Below are positions 10,756-23,900 of a DNA stretch of 64,000 nucleotides, piece after piece (within the stretch, counting starts at the first letter, position 1; each line of letters starts with the position of its first letter). The DNA lies in NCBI GenBank assembly GCA_040954595.2, contig CM082598.2, positions 7,207,097 through 7,271,096 on the forward strand. Direction: 5' to 3'. The notes beneath the pieces were generated by a model. The model was given only the letters and a program-made list of their open reading frames with translations, was not told where the DNA came from and searched no databases. Both the position numbers and the translations under genes were made by a program. The stretch is from Balanoglossus misakiensis (lineage: Eukaryota; Animalia; Hemichordata).

Positions 10756-10765
10756 ATCTCCACCA
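10756..10765 (-). promoter_or_regulatory. Primer binding site, probably tRNA-Ala
   Basis: Minus strand TGGTGGAGAT lies 2 nt after the LTR end and is complementary to the ...AUCUCCACCA 3' end typical of eukaryotic tRNA-Ala. Confidence 0.75.
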
Positions 10766-10767
10766 TG

Positions 10768-11298
10768 TATTACGGCTTGTTTCTCATGATTGTTCATGCA
10801 TCGGGGAATCTGTAGCGATGAGGTATCGGGCTCTGACGAGAACAGTGATCCACGGAGACACGTATCTGATTCACGTTCATTTATTGTCCAGAACTACTCC
10901 AGTACATCAAATACGCCCAGTAAAGTGCATGAGGAAGGGAACGAACTCAGTAGCCTGAGGTACTCCCATCTCCCGTTAGATTATTTTTCCCCAACTTTGG
11001 AAACAAAGTTCTCTTATAATTACTTTTCTCAAGGCGTGGTTAATAATGTAAAATATCACAAATACAATGTGTTACAATTTCATTGGGCATCAGTCAACTC
11101 TATACGTACCAATTTACATAAAGTGTTATATAACAAAGTCAGTTCGGTGATGATTGACAATCAGAGCAGTCAGTTAAACACCCGCTCTCCCTATCTACTT
11201 CAAATACATAAAATCAAATACTATCAAACATTGACATTTCCGAGCTCTGGATTAATTAACCCTTGAAATCGTATTTGACCTTTATACAGATCGTAACA
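10768..11298 (-). repeat. Shared LTR (5' LTR of the complete copy and 3' LTR of the truncated copy)
   Basis: Flanked by a PBS on one side and a PPT on the other. Confidence 0.93.
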
Positions 11299-14200
11299 CT
11301 CCCCTCCTTTTAAACCAATGCGTCCCGCATTGGACACAAATCTCTTAACGAGCAGTACATCAAGGGTAATCGTTCAATTCCACCCCAAGAATATATTAAG
11401 ATGTACCGTATGATTTTGAAATGTAAGAGTACAATATATATAACAAAATTGAAGTAAAATATTTGAAAAAAATCGAGTCATGTCTATGAAGTGATCGTCT
11501 TGAAAAATTATAAAATTACAATACAAAAATTACTACAGAATAAAAGTACATATAAACTTAAAATAGTATGTGCTCATAAAACCTTCGCACACCTATCCAC
11601 CTACTAATATAACCAATAAAATCGCAACTCCTTCTGTAAACCCATAAAACGTTGTATCCATCATTGAACACAATCTGAATATCTGTTGTCTTATTGACTC
11701 AAAAGAAACCCTCTTGCATTCTTTTACATCGAACGATCATCCGACATTCCTTATTCTCGAGTTGCGTCATGTCGGGTAAATTCAATAACCTTAAAAAATT
11801 TAAAACTGAAACATCTTAGCGTTTTGTCAAAAATCCACTTTTTACAACTTCGAAAATGGCATTTTCTTCATTCGAAAATGGGATTTTCTTTGGTTTCTTT
11901 ATACAAACACATAGCCATTAAAAGGGGCTATTTACACAATTTGGACCATCTATTTAGGTCATCAAACGAAAGGCAAATTCAACTCACAACATTTTTCTCC
12001 AGTGATAAAATCTCTGCAACTTCAAACTTCACTGGTAATTTCTTTACAACTTAAATACATCAACACATTTAAACAGAGTGACACGGGAACCAGGTTGCAC
12101 AGCTCTTACAACTAAACTCAGCAAACAAAAGATAATAAAATGTCATTCGACAACTTACGTAACATTAAACGAATCAAGGGACACGCCAATCGTACACTCA
12201 CTCATACAGGCCGGCCAACACTCATACCTCTCATTCATATTCAAATATTCATTTCAATCAACCACGTGTCTCCCTTTTCCGTTTTTTTTCCTGTTACGCA
12301 TATATTTTTCTGTCCATAGATTTAAATGTGCAAATGTGCTATAACCTGTTTCCCTTGTATCTTTACAGGATTTCTTATCAAATACTCTTTCGCAGTTTCA
12401 TTCAAATTGTCTTCATCCTCCCACGTATTATGTTTGTTTGAATAATTCTTCCACTTAACCAAATATTGTAATTTCCCATTTCTATATCGACCCTTTAACA
12501 CATTGTCTATATCGTAAAATGGCTCAGAAGCATTAGTCTGACAATTTCCATTGTTGTCAGTTTCATCGAAAGCACTGGGATTTGTCCTTGACGACAAATC
12601 TCTCAATCCCAATCCCTCAATTTGATCAGAACCATTTTCTGATTCTGCATATGTTTCTGCTTCTGGACTTTGACATATTTCGGTCCCATTTTCATAATTT
12701 GTGGTTTCTGGGACATCGTTTTCTTCACACGACTCATCAGATGAGGATGAGTCAAACTCAGAGGGGCGCAAATAAGCTCTTTTTAGTCTATTCACATGTA
12801 TGACTTTACGATAATTCCTGGTGCTATTTATGAAACGCAACTTGTAATTAACAGGACCCACCTTCTCAGAAATAATGTAAGGACCTGTCCACTTATGTAC
12901 GAATTTCTTATTAACTCCTGGTTTAACAGATGGTGTGTATAAATATACAGGATCCCCCACTTTAAGATTTTGTGACCGTTGGATATTTTGATCGTAACGG
13001 TCCTTCATATTCTGTTGATATCGATCTATATTCTCTTTGGCGATTTTATGAGCTATCTCCCTTTTAGCAGCTAAATGTTTAAGGTGTGTATCTATATTTC
13101 TCGTCCTCCCCTCAACTGGCTGAAACTCAACATCCATGGGCAATGTGGGATGCCGACCGTATAGCAGATAATACGGGCTGAACCCACTGGACTCTTGAGG
13201 GCTAACTCTATAAGCGAAAAGCACTGAACTTAGGTACCGATCCCAATCTTTCTGTTTACTATCGACAAACATGGACAGCATGTCGACTAGGCAACCATTG
13301 AAACGCTCTGTAAGGCCATTAGTCTGTGGACGATAAGGGGTCGAAACTTTCCTCTGGATGTTGAAAAATTTGCAAGTTTCACGAACTACTTGGGATAAAA
13401 AATTCGATCCCTGATCACTCAGCAAAACTCTGGGGCTGCCATAAGTAGCAATTACTTCATCAAACAAGATCTTAGCGACTGTCTCAGCTCTTGCATTACG
13501 TAATGGATATGCTAGTGGAAATTTAGTAAAGTAATCAGTAAGTACTAAGATGTATTTATGACCATCATACGTTCTAGGGAGGGGTCCCACAATATCCATA
13601 CCCAGTCGGTCCCAGGGTCCTGATACTGGAATAGGTAACAACTTAGCATGAGTAGGGGGTGTGGCTCTCTTTCGTGTGTGACAATGTGCGCATGTCTTTA
13701 CGTACATATTAACATCCCGGGGCATCCTTTCCCAAAAATACCTCTGTCTTAAAACTCCCAACGTTTTAGTGTATCCCAAATGTCCCGCTAAAACACAATC
13801 ATGAGCCCACCGCAGAACATAATTTCTTAAGGACTTAGGTATCACAACCTGTCTAACACAATCTAATTTACCAGCTGATTTCCCCGTGGGTTTCCAAAAA
13901 TGATACAAAACCCCGTCAACAATGTCATAATTTGGAGCCATACTAACAAATTTACGAGCTAACTTTTGATCAGTTGGTAACTCATCATTCTCTAAATAAT
14001 TAAGAAATTTACTCAAATAATTATCCTTTCTCTGTTCTCCCTTCATTCGTGATTGCACCTCACTGTCGATCCCCCACTTTAAGATTTTGTGACCGTTGGA
14101 TATTTTGATCGTAACGGTCCTTCATATTCTGTTGATATCGATCTATATTCTCTTTGGCGATTTTATGAGCTATCTCCCTTTTAGCAGCTAAATGTTTAAG

Positions 14201-14356
14201 GTGTGTATCTATATTTCTCGTACTCCCCTCAACTGGCTGAAACTCAACATCCATGGGCAATGTGGGATGCCGACCGTATAGCAGATAATACGGGCTGAAC
14301 CCACTGGACTCTTGAGGGCTAACTCTATAAGCGAAAAGCACTGAACTTAGGTACCG
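11299..14356 (-). mobile_element. 5'-truncated second copy of the same Gypsy element (integrase-chromodomain plus 3' UTR) with a 289-bp re-duplicated integrase piece
   Basis: 11299-14069 copies 4484-7262; 14068-14356 copies 6144-6432. ORF 12322-14058 matches the pol C-terminus. Confidence 0.93.
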
Positions 14357-14960
14357 CTACAATATTTTCAGTGTTTGGGTGTTAAAATGAACTCAGGTGG
14401 CTGGCAGTTGAAACACTGCTGAACAAACAGCTTCGTGTCAATATAATTCAGGCATTATCACTGAAGAGGTGTGAATGAGCGCATTTAAGAGACTCCTCTG
14501 TGCAAACACTGCCCTAGCTACCAGTTGTGAAGTTATCCGTCGTTATGGTTACAGAATTTTAATATAAATTACAACCTAAGACGAAAATAGGCCTATTTTT
14601 CTTAAAGCTAATAATCCTTGCTACCTGATGACCAATTTACAGCCTCCTCGAGCAAACCGTTTTCCAGTAAATCAAAACTATGTATGATTGATATGCAAAA
14701 AATAGCGAAATTTTCACTTTGACCCCAAGTTTTGAATATGAACTTGACCTATGACCATGTCGGTCGTGTAATAATTGGATAGCCCGTGCCCTACTTTATA
14801 ATACTTAATGTTTAAATTTTTTCTCTAGATTTCTCAGAACCTGAAATATCTCATTTTAACTGTATGAGTACTCTTGCTATTCCTACCATTCATTTTGTTG
14901 TCATTAAAACAGCAGGTTTTGCATATTAAGTATATGTAAACAGCAAAACAAATTAAAATC

Positions 14961-17900
14961 TTTGTAATGTCAAATTATAGTGCGTTTGGCCATGTATTAA
15001 CCCAGGGATTTACAATTAACTTGAAATCCCCATATGCATTAAATACCCATGTCAAAGCGAAGTGTTTGCATCACTATCTACCGTGATTCATCATCAAGCT
15101 TGCATCGCCATTTACCCTGATGCAAAGAATCAGATTCAATGTCACCGTTGCATTAGCAATGTCAAATTACAGTGCTTTTTGACACGTATTAACCCAGGAA
15201 TTGACTCTGACGCATCATCAAGCATGCTTCACAATTTGCCCTGATGCAAAGAATCAGTTTTAGTGTCACTATTGCATAAGCAATGTCAAATTACAGTGCT
15301 TTTGGACACGTATTAACCCAGGGATTTATAATCAACTTGAAATCCCCATATGCATGTTATACCTATGTCAAAGCGAAGTGTTTGCATCACTCTCTACCGT
15401 GATAATCATCAAGCTTGCTTCGCCATTTACCCTAACACAAAGAATCAGATTTAGTGTCACCATTGCATTAGCAATGTCAAATTACAGTGCTTTTGGCTAC
15501 GTATTAACCTGGAGATTTACAGACAACTTCAAATACCCATGCATATGCATTAAATACCTATGTCAAAATGCAGTGTTTGCATCATCAAGCATGCTTCACT
15601 ATTTGCCCTGATGCAAAGAATCAGATTCAATGTCACCATCGCATTAGCAATTTTAAATTACAGTGCTTTTCGACACAGATTAACTGAGGGATTTATAATC
15701 AACTTGAAATCCCCATATGCATTTTATACCCATATCAAAGCGAAGTGTTTTCATCACTCTCTACCATTATGCATCATCAAGCCTGCATCGCCATTTACCC
15801 TGATGCAAAGAATCACATTGAATGTCACCATTGCATTAGCAATGTCAAATTACAGTGCTTTTGGACACGTATTAACCCAGGAATTTTCAGTCAACATTAA
15901 ATACTCATGCAAATACATTAAATACCTATGTCAAAGTGCAGAGCTTGCATCACCATCTACTCTGATCCATCTTTAAGCTTGCTTCGCCATTTGCCCTAAT
16001 GCAAAGAATTACATTCAATGTCACCATTGCATTAGCAATGTCAAATTACAGTGCGTTTGGCCACGTATTAACCCAGGGATTTACAATTAACTTGAAATCC
16101 CCATATGCATTAAATACCCATGTCAAAGCGAAGTGTTTGCATCACTATCTACCGTGATTCATCATCAAGCTTGCATCGCCATTTACCCTGATGCAAAGAA
16201 TCAGATTCAATGTCACCGTTGCATTAGCAATGTCAAATTACAGTGCTTTTCGACACGTATTAACCCAGGAATTGACTCTGACGCATCATCAAGAACGCTT
16301 CACAATTTGCCCTGATGCAAAGAATCAGTTTTAGTGTCACTATTGCATAAGCAATGTCAAATTACAGTGCTTTTGGACACGTATTAACCCAGGGATTTAT
16401 AATCAACTTGAAATCCCCATATGCATGTTATACCTATGTCAAAGCGAAGTGTTTGCATCACTCTCTACCATGATAATCATCAAGCTTGCTTCGCCATTTA
16501 CCCTGATACAAAGAATCAGATTTAGTGTCACCATTGCATTAGCAAAGTCAAATTACAGTGCTTTTGGCTACGTATTAACCTGGAGATTTACAGACAACTT
16601 CAAATACCCATGTATATGCATTAAATACCTATGTCAAAATGCAGTGTTTGCATCATCAAGCATTCTTCAGCATTTGCCCTGATGCAAAGAATCAGATTCA
16701 ATGTCACCATTGCATTAGCAATGTCAAATTACAGCGCTTTTGGCAACCTAGGGATTTTCAATCAACTTTTAATCCCCCTGTATGTATTTTAAACCCTGGT
16801 GTCAAAGGTTAGTGTTTGTATCACCATTGACCCAAGTGCATCATCAAGCATTCTTCAGCATTTGCCCTAATGCAAAGAATCAGATTCAATGTCACCCTTG
16901 CATTAGTAATTTTAAATTACAGTGCTTTTGGCAATGTATTAACCTCTGGATTTATAGTCAACTTTAAATATCAATGCATATACATTAAATACCCATATCA
17001 AAGTGCAGAGCTTGCATCACCATCTACTCTTATGCATCATCAATCAGGCTTCACAATTTGCCCTAATGCAAAGAATCAGTTTTAGTGTCACTATTGCATA
17101 AGCAATGTCAAATTACAGTGCTTTTGGACACGTATTAACCCAGGGATTTATAATCCACTTGAAATCCCCATATGCATTTTATACCCATGTCAAAGCGAAG
17201 TGTTTTCATCACTCTCTACCATTATGCATCATCAAGCCTGCATCGCCATTTACCCTGATGCAAAGAATCACATTCAATGTCACCATTGCATTAGCAATGT
17301 CAAATTACAGTGCTTTTGGACACGTATTAACCCAGGAATTTTCAGTCAACATTAAATACCCATGCAAATACATTAAATACCTATGTCAAAGTGCAGAGCT
17401 TGCATCACCGTCTAATCTGATCCATCATTAAGCTTGCTTCGCCATTTGCCCTAATGCAAAGAATTACATTCAATGTCACCATTGCATTAGCAATGTCAAA
17501 TTATAGTGCGTTTGGCCATGTATTAACCCAGGGATTTACAATTAACTTGAAATCCCCATATGCATTAAATACCCATGTCAAAGCGAAGTGTTTGCATCAC
17601 TATCTACCGTGATTCATCATCAAGCTTGCATCGCCATTTACCCTGATGCAAAGAATCAGATTCAATGTCACCGTTGCATTAGCAATGTCAAATTACAGTG
17701 CTTTTTGACACGTATTAACCCAGGAATTGACTCTGACGCATCATCAAGCATGCTTCACAATTTGCCCTGATGCAAAGAATCAGTTTTAGTGTCACTATTG
17801 CATAAGCAATGTCAAATTACAGTGCTTTTGGACACGTATTAACCCAGGGATTTATAATCAACTTGAAATCCCCATATGCATGTTATACCTATGTCAAAGC

Positions 17901-20900
17901 GAAGTGTTTGCATCACTCTCTACCGTGATAATCATCAAGCTTGCTTCGCCATTTACCCTAACACAAAGAATCAGATTTAGTGTCACCATTGCATTAGCAA
18001 TGTCAAATTACAGTGCTTTTGGCTACGTATTAACCTGGAGATTTACAGACAACTTCAAATACCCATGCATATGCATTAAATACCTATGTCAAAATGCAGT
18101 GTTTGCATCATCAAGCATGCTTCACTATTTGCCCTGATGCAAAGAATCAGATTCAATGTCACCATCGCATTAGCAATTTTAAATTACAGTGCTTTTCGAC
18201 ACAGATTAACTGAGGGATTTATAATCAACTTGAAATCCCCATATGCATTTTATACCCATATCAAAGCGAAGTGTTTTCATCACTCTCTACCATTATGCAT
18301 CATCAAGCCTGCATCGCCATTTACCCTGATGCAAAGAATCACATTGAATGTCACCATTGCATTAGCAATGTCAAATTACAGTGCTTTTGGACACGTATTA
18401 ACCCAGGAATTTTCAGTCAACATTAAATACTCATGCAAATACATTAAATACCTATGTCAAAGTGCAGAGCTTGCATCACCATCTACTCTGATCCATCTTT
18501 AAGCTTGCTTCGCCATTTGCCCTAATGCAAAGAATTACATTCAATGTCACCATTGCATTAGCAATGTCAAATTACAGTGCGTTTGGCCACGTATTAACCC
18601 AGGGATTTACAATTAACTTGAAATCCCCATATGCATTAAATACCCATGTCAAAGCGAAGTGTTTGCATCACTATCTACCGTGATTCATCATCAAGCTTGC
18701 ATCGCCATTTACCCTGATGCAAAGAATCAGATTCAATGTCACCGTTGCATTAGCAATGTCAAATTACAGTGCTTTTCGACACGTATTAACCCAGGAATTG
18801 ACTCTGACGCATCATCAAGAACGCTTCACAATTTGCCCTGATGCAAAGAATCAGTTTTAGTGTCACTATTGCATAAGCAATGTCAAATTACAGTGCTTTT
18901 GGACACGTATTAACCCAGGGATTTATAATCAACTTGAAATCCCCATATGCATGTTATACCTATGTCAAAGCGAAGTGTTTGCATCACTCTCTACCGTGAT
19001 AATCATCAAGCTTGCTTCGCCATTTACCCTGATACAAAGAATCAGATTTAGTGTCACCATTGCATTAGCAAAGTCAAATTACAGTGCTTTTGGCTACGTA
19101 TTAACCTGGAGATTTACAGACAACTTCAAATACCCATGTATATGCATTAAATACCTATGTCAAAATGCAGTGTTTGCATCATCAAGCATGCTTCACTATT
19201 TGCCCTGATGCAAAGAATCAGATTCAATGTCACCATCGCATTAGCAATTTTAAATTACAGTGCTTTACGACACAGATTAACTGAGGGATTTATAATCAAC
19301 ATGAAATCCCCATACGCATTTTATACCCATGTCAAAGCGAAGTGTTTTCATCACTCTCTACCATTATGCATCATCAAGCCTGCATCGCCATTTACCCTGA
19401 TGCAAAGAATCACATTCAATGTCACCATTGCATTAACAATGTCAAATTACAGTGCTTTTGGACACGTATTAACCCAGGAATTTTCAGTCAACATTAAATA
19501 CTCATGCAAATACATTAAATACCTATGTCAAAGTGCAAAGCTTGCATCACCATCTACTCTGATCCATCTTTAAGCTTGCTTCGCCATTTGCCCTAATGCA
19601 AAGAATTACATTCAATGTCACCATTGCATTAGCAATGTCAAATTACAGTGCGTTTGGCCACGTATTAACCCAGGGATTTACAATTAACTTGAAATCCCCA
19701 TATGCATTAAATACCCATGTCAAAGCGAAGTGTTTGCATCACTATCTACCGTGATTCATCATCAAGCTTGCATCGCCATTTACCCTGATGCAAAGAATCA
19801 GATTCAATGTCACCGTTGCATTAGCAATGTCAAATTACAGTGCTTTTCGACACGTATTAACCCAGGAATTGACTCTGACGCATCATCAAGAATGCTTCAC
19901 AATTTGCCCTGATGCAAAGAATCAGTTTTAGTGTCACTATTGCATAAGCAATGTCAAATTACAGTGCTTTTGGACACGTATTAACCCAGGGATTTATAAT
20001 CAACTTGAAATCCCCATATGCATGTTATACCTATGTCAAAGCGAAGTGTTTGCATCACTCTCTACCGTGATAATCATCAAGCTTGCTTCGCCATTTACCC
20101 TGATACAAAGAATCAGATTTAGTGTCACCATTGCATTAGCAAAGTCAAATTACAGTGCTTTTGGCTACATATTAACCTGGAGATTTACAGACAACTTCAA
20201 ATACCCATGTATATGCATTAAATACCTATGTCAAAATGCAGTGTTTGCATCATCAAGCATGCTTCACTATTTGCCCTGATGCAAAGAATCAGATTCAATG
20301 TCACCATCGCATTAGCAATTTTAAATTACAGTGCTTTACGACACAGATTAACTGAGGGATTTATAATCAACATGAAATCCCCATATGCATTTTATACCCA
20401 TGTCAAAGCGAAGTGTTTTCATCACTCTCTACCATTATGCATCATCAAGCCTGCATCGCCATTTACCCTGATGCAAAGAATCACATTCAATGTCACCATT
20501 GCATTAGCAATGTCAAATTACAGTGCTTTTGGACACGTATTAACCCAGGAATTTTCAGTCAACATTAAATACCCATGCAAATACATTAAATACCTATGTC
20601 AAAGTGCAGAGCTTGCATCACCATCTACTCTGATCCATCATTAAGCTTGCTTCGCCATTTGCCCTAATGCAAAGAATTACATTCAATGTCACCATTGCAT
20701 TAGCAATGTCAAATTACAGTGCGTTTGGCTACGTATTAACCCAGGGATTTACAATTAACTTGAAATCCCCATATGCATTAAATACCCATGTCAAAGCGAA
20801 GTGTTTGCATCACTATCTACCGTGATTCATCATCAAGCTTGCATCGTCATTTACCCTGATGCAAAGAATCAGATTCAATGTCACCGTTGCATTAGCAATG

Positions 20901-23900
20901 TCAAATTACAGTGCTTTTCGACACGTATTAACCCAGGAATTGACTCTGACGTATCATCAAGAATGCTTCACAATTTGCCCTGATGCAAAGAATCAGTTTT
21001 AGTATCACTATTGCATAAGCAATGTCAAATTACTGTGCTTTTGGACACGTATTAACCCAGGAATTTTCAGTCAACATTAAATACCCATGCAAATACATTA
21101 AGTACCTATGTCAAAGTGCAGAGCTTGCATCACAGTCTAATCTGATCCATCATTAAGCTTGCTTCGCCATTTGCCCTAATGCAAAGAATTACATTCAATG
21201 TCACCATTGCATTAGCAATGTCAAATTACAGTGCGTTTGGCCACGTATTAACCCAGGGATTTACAATTAACTTGAAATCCCCATATGCATTAAATACCCA
21301 TGTCAAAGCGAAGTGTTTGCATCACTATCTACCGTGATTCATCATCAAGCTTGCATCGCCATTTACCCTGATGCAAAGAATCAGATTCAATGTCACCGTT
21401 GCATTAGCAATGTCAAATTACAGTGCTTTTCGACACGTATTAACCCAGGAATTGACTCTGACGCATCATCAAGAATGCTTCACAATTTGCCCTGATGCAA
21501 AGAATCAGTTTTAGTGTCACTATTGCATAAGCAATGTCAAATTACAGTGCTTTTGGACACGTATTAACCCAGGGATTTATAATCAACTTGAAATCCCCAT
21601 ATGCATGTTATACCCATGTCAAAGCGAAGTGTTTGCATCACTCTCTACCGTGATAATCATCAAGCTTGCTTCGCCATTTACCCTGATACAAAGAATCAGA
21701 TTTAGTGTCACCATTGCATTAGCAAAGTCAAATTACAGTGCTTTTGGCTACATATTAACCTGGAGATTTACAGACAACTTCAAATACCCATGTATATGCA
21801 TTAAATACCTATGTCAAAATGCAGTGTTTGCATCATCAAGCATGCTTCACTATTTGCCCTGATGCAAAGAATCAGATTCAATGTCACCATCGCATTAGCA
21901 ATTTTAAATTACAGTGCTTTACGACACAGATTAACTGAGGGATTTATAATCAACATGAAATCCCCATATGCATTTTATACCCATGTCAAAGCGAAGTGTT
22001 TTCATCACTCTCTACCATTATGCATCATCAAGCCTGCATCGCCATTTACCCTGATGCAAAGAATCACATTCAATGTCACCATTGCATTAGCAATGTCAAA
22101 TTACAGTGCTTTTGGACACGTATTAACCCAGGAATTTTCAGTCAACATTAAATACCCATGCAAATACATTAAATACCTATGTCAAAGTGCAGAGCTTGCA
22201 TCACCATCTACTCTGATCCATCATTAAGCTTGCTTCGCCATTTGCCCTAATGCAAAGAATTACATTCAATGTCACCATTGCATTAGCAATGTCAAATTAC
22301 AGTGCGTTTGGCTACGTATTAACCCATGGATTTACAATTAACTTGAAATCCCCATATGCATTAAATACCCATGTCAAAGCGAAGTGTTTGCATCACTATC
22401 TACCGTGATTCATCATCAAGCTTGCATCGTCATTTACCCTGATGCAAAGAATCAGATTCAATGTCACCGTTGCATTAGCAATGTCAAATTACAGTGCTTT
22501 TCGACACGTATTAACCCAGGAATTGACTCTGACGTATCATCAAGAATGCTTCACAATTTGCCCTGATGCAAAGAATCAGTTTTAGTATCACTATTGCATA
22601 AGCAATGTCAAATTACTGTGCTTTTGGACACGTATTAACCCAGGAATTTTCAGTCAACATTAAATACCCATGCAAATACATTAAGTACCTATGTCAAAGT
22701 GCAGAGCTTGCATCACAGTCTAATCTGATCCATCATTAAGCTTGCTTCGCCATTTGCCCTAATGCAAAGAATTACATTCAATGTCACCATTGCATTAGCA
22801 ATGTCAAATTACAGTGCGTTTGGCCACGTATTAACCCAGGGATTTACAATTAACTTGAAATCCCCATATGCATTAAATACCCATGTCAAAGCGAAGTGTT
22901 TGCATCACTATCTACCGTGATTCATCATCAAGCTTGCATCGCCATTTACCCTGATGCAAATAATCAGATTCAATGTCACCGTTGCATTAGCAATGTAAAA
23001 TTACAGTGCTTTTTGACACGTATTAACCCAGGAATTGACTCTGACGCATCATCAAGCATGCTTCACAATTTGCCCTGATGCAAAGAATCAGTTTTAGTGT
23101 CACTATTGCATAAGCAATGTCAAATTACAGTGCTTTTGGACACGTATTAACCCAGGGATTTATAATCAACTTGAAATCCCCATATGCATGTTATACCTAT
23201 GTCAAAGCGAAGTGTTTGCATCACTCTCTACCGTGATAATCATCAAGCTTGCTTCGCCATTTACCCTAATACAAAGAATCAGATTTAGTGTCACCATTGC
23301 ATTAGCAATGTCAAATTACAGTGCTTTTGGCTACGTATTAACCTGGAGATTTACAGACAACTTCAAATACCCATGCATATGCATTAAATACCTATGTCAA
23401 AATGCAATGTTTGCATCATCAAGCATGCTTCACTATTTGCCCTGATGCAAAGAATCAGATTCAATGTCACCATCGCATTAGCAATTTTAAATTACAGTGC
23501 TTTTCGACACAGATTAACTGAGGGATTTATAATCAACTTGAAATCCCCATATGCATTTTATACCCATATCAAAGCGAAGTGTTTTCATCACTCTCTACCA
23601 TTATGCATCATCAAGCCTGCCTCGCCATTTACCCTGATGCAAAGAATCACATTCAATGTCACCATTGCATTAGCAATGTCAAATTACAGTGCTTTTGGAC
23701 ACGTATTAACCCAGGAATTTTCAGTCAACATTTAATACCCATGCAAATACATTAAATACCTATGTCAAAGTGCACAGCTTGCATCACCATCTACTCTGAT
23801 CCATCTTTAAGCTTGCTTCGCCATTTGCCCTAATGCAAAGAATTACATTCAATGTCACCATTGCATAAGCAATGTCAAATTACAGTGCTTTTGTACACGT

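Larger units (their letters stand above)
3953..11298 (-). mobile_element. Full-length Ty3/Gypsy LTR retrotransposon with chromodomain integrase
   Basis: Two 531-bp near-identical LTRs (3953-4483, 10768-11298), PBS, PPT, and gag-PR then RT-RH-IN-CHD in Gypsy order. Confidence 0.96.

Noticed and set aside
14357-14365. Target-site duplication for the Gypsy dimer
   Set aside because: The right end is a truncation junction without an LTR, so no TSD can be assigned.
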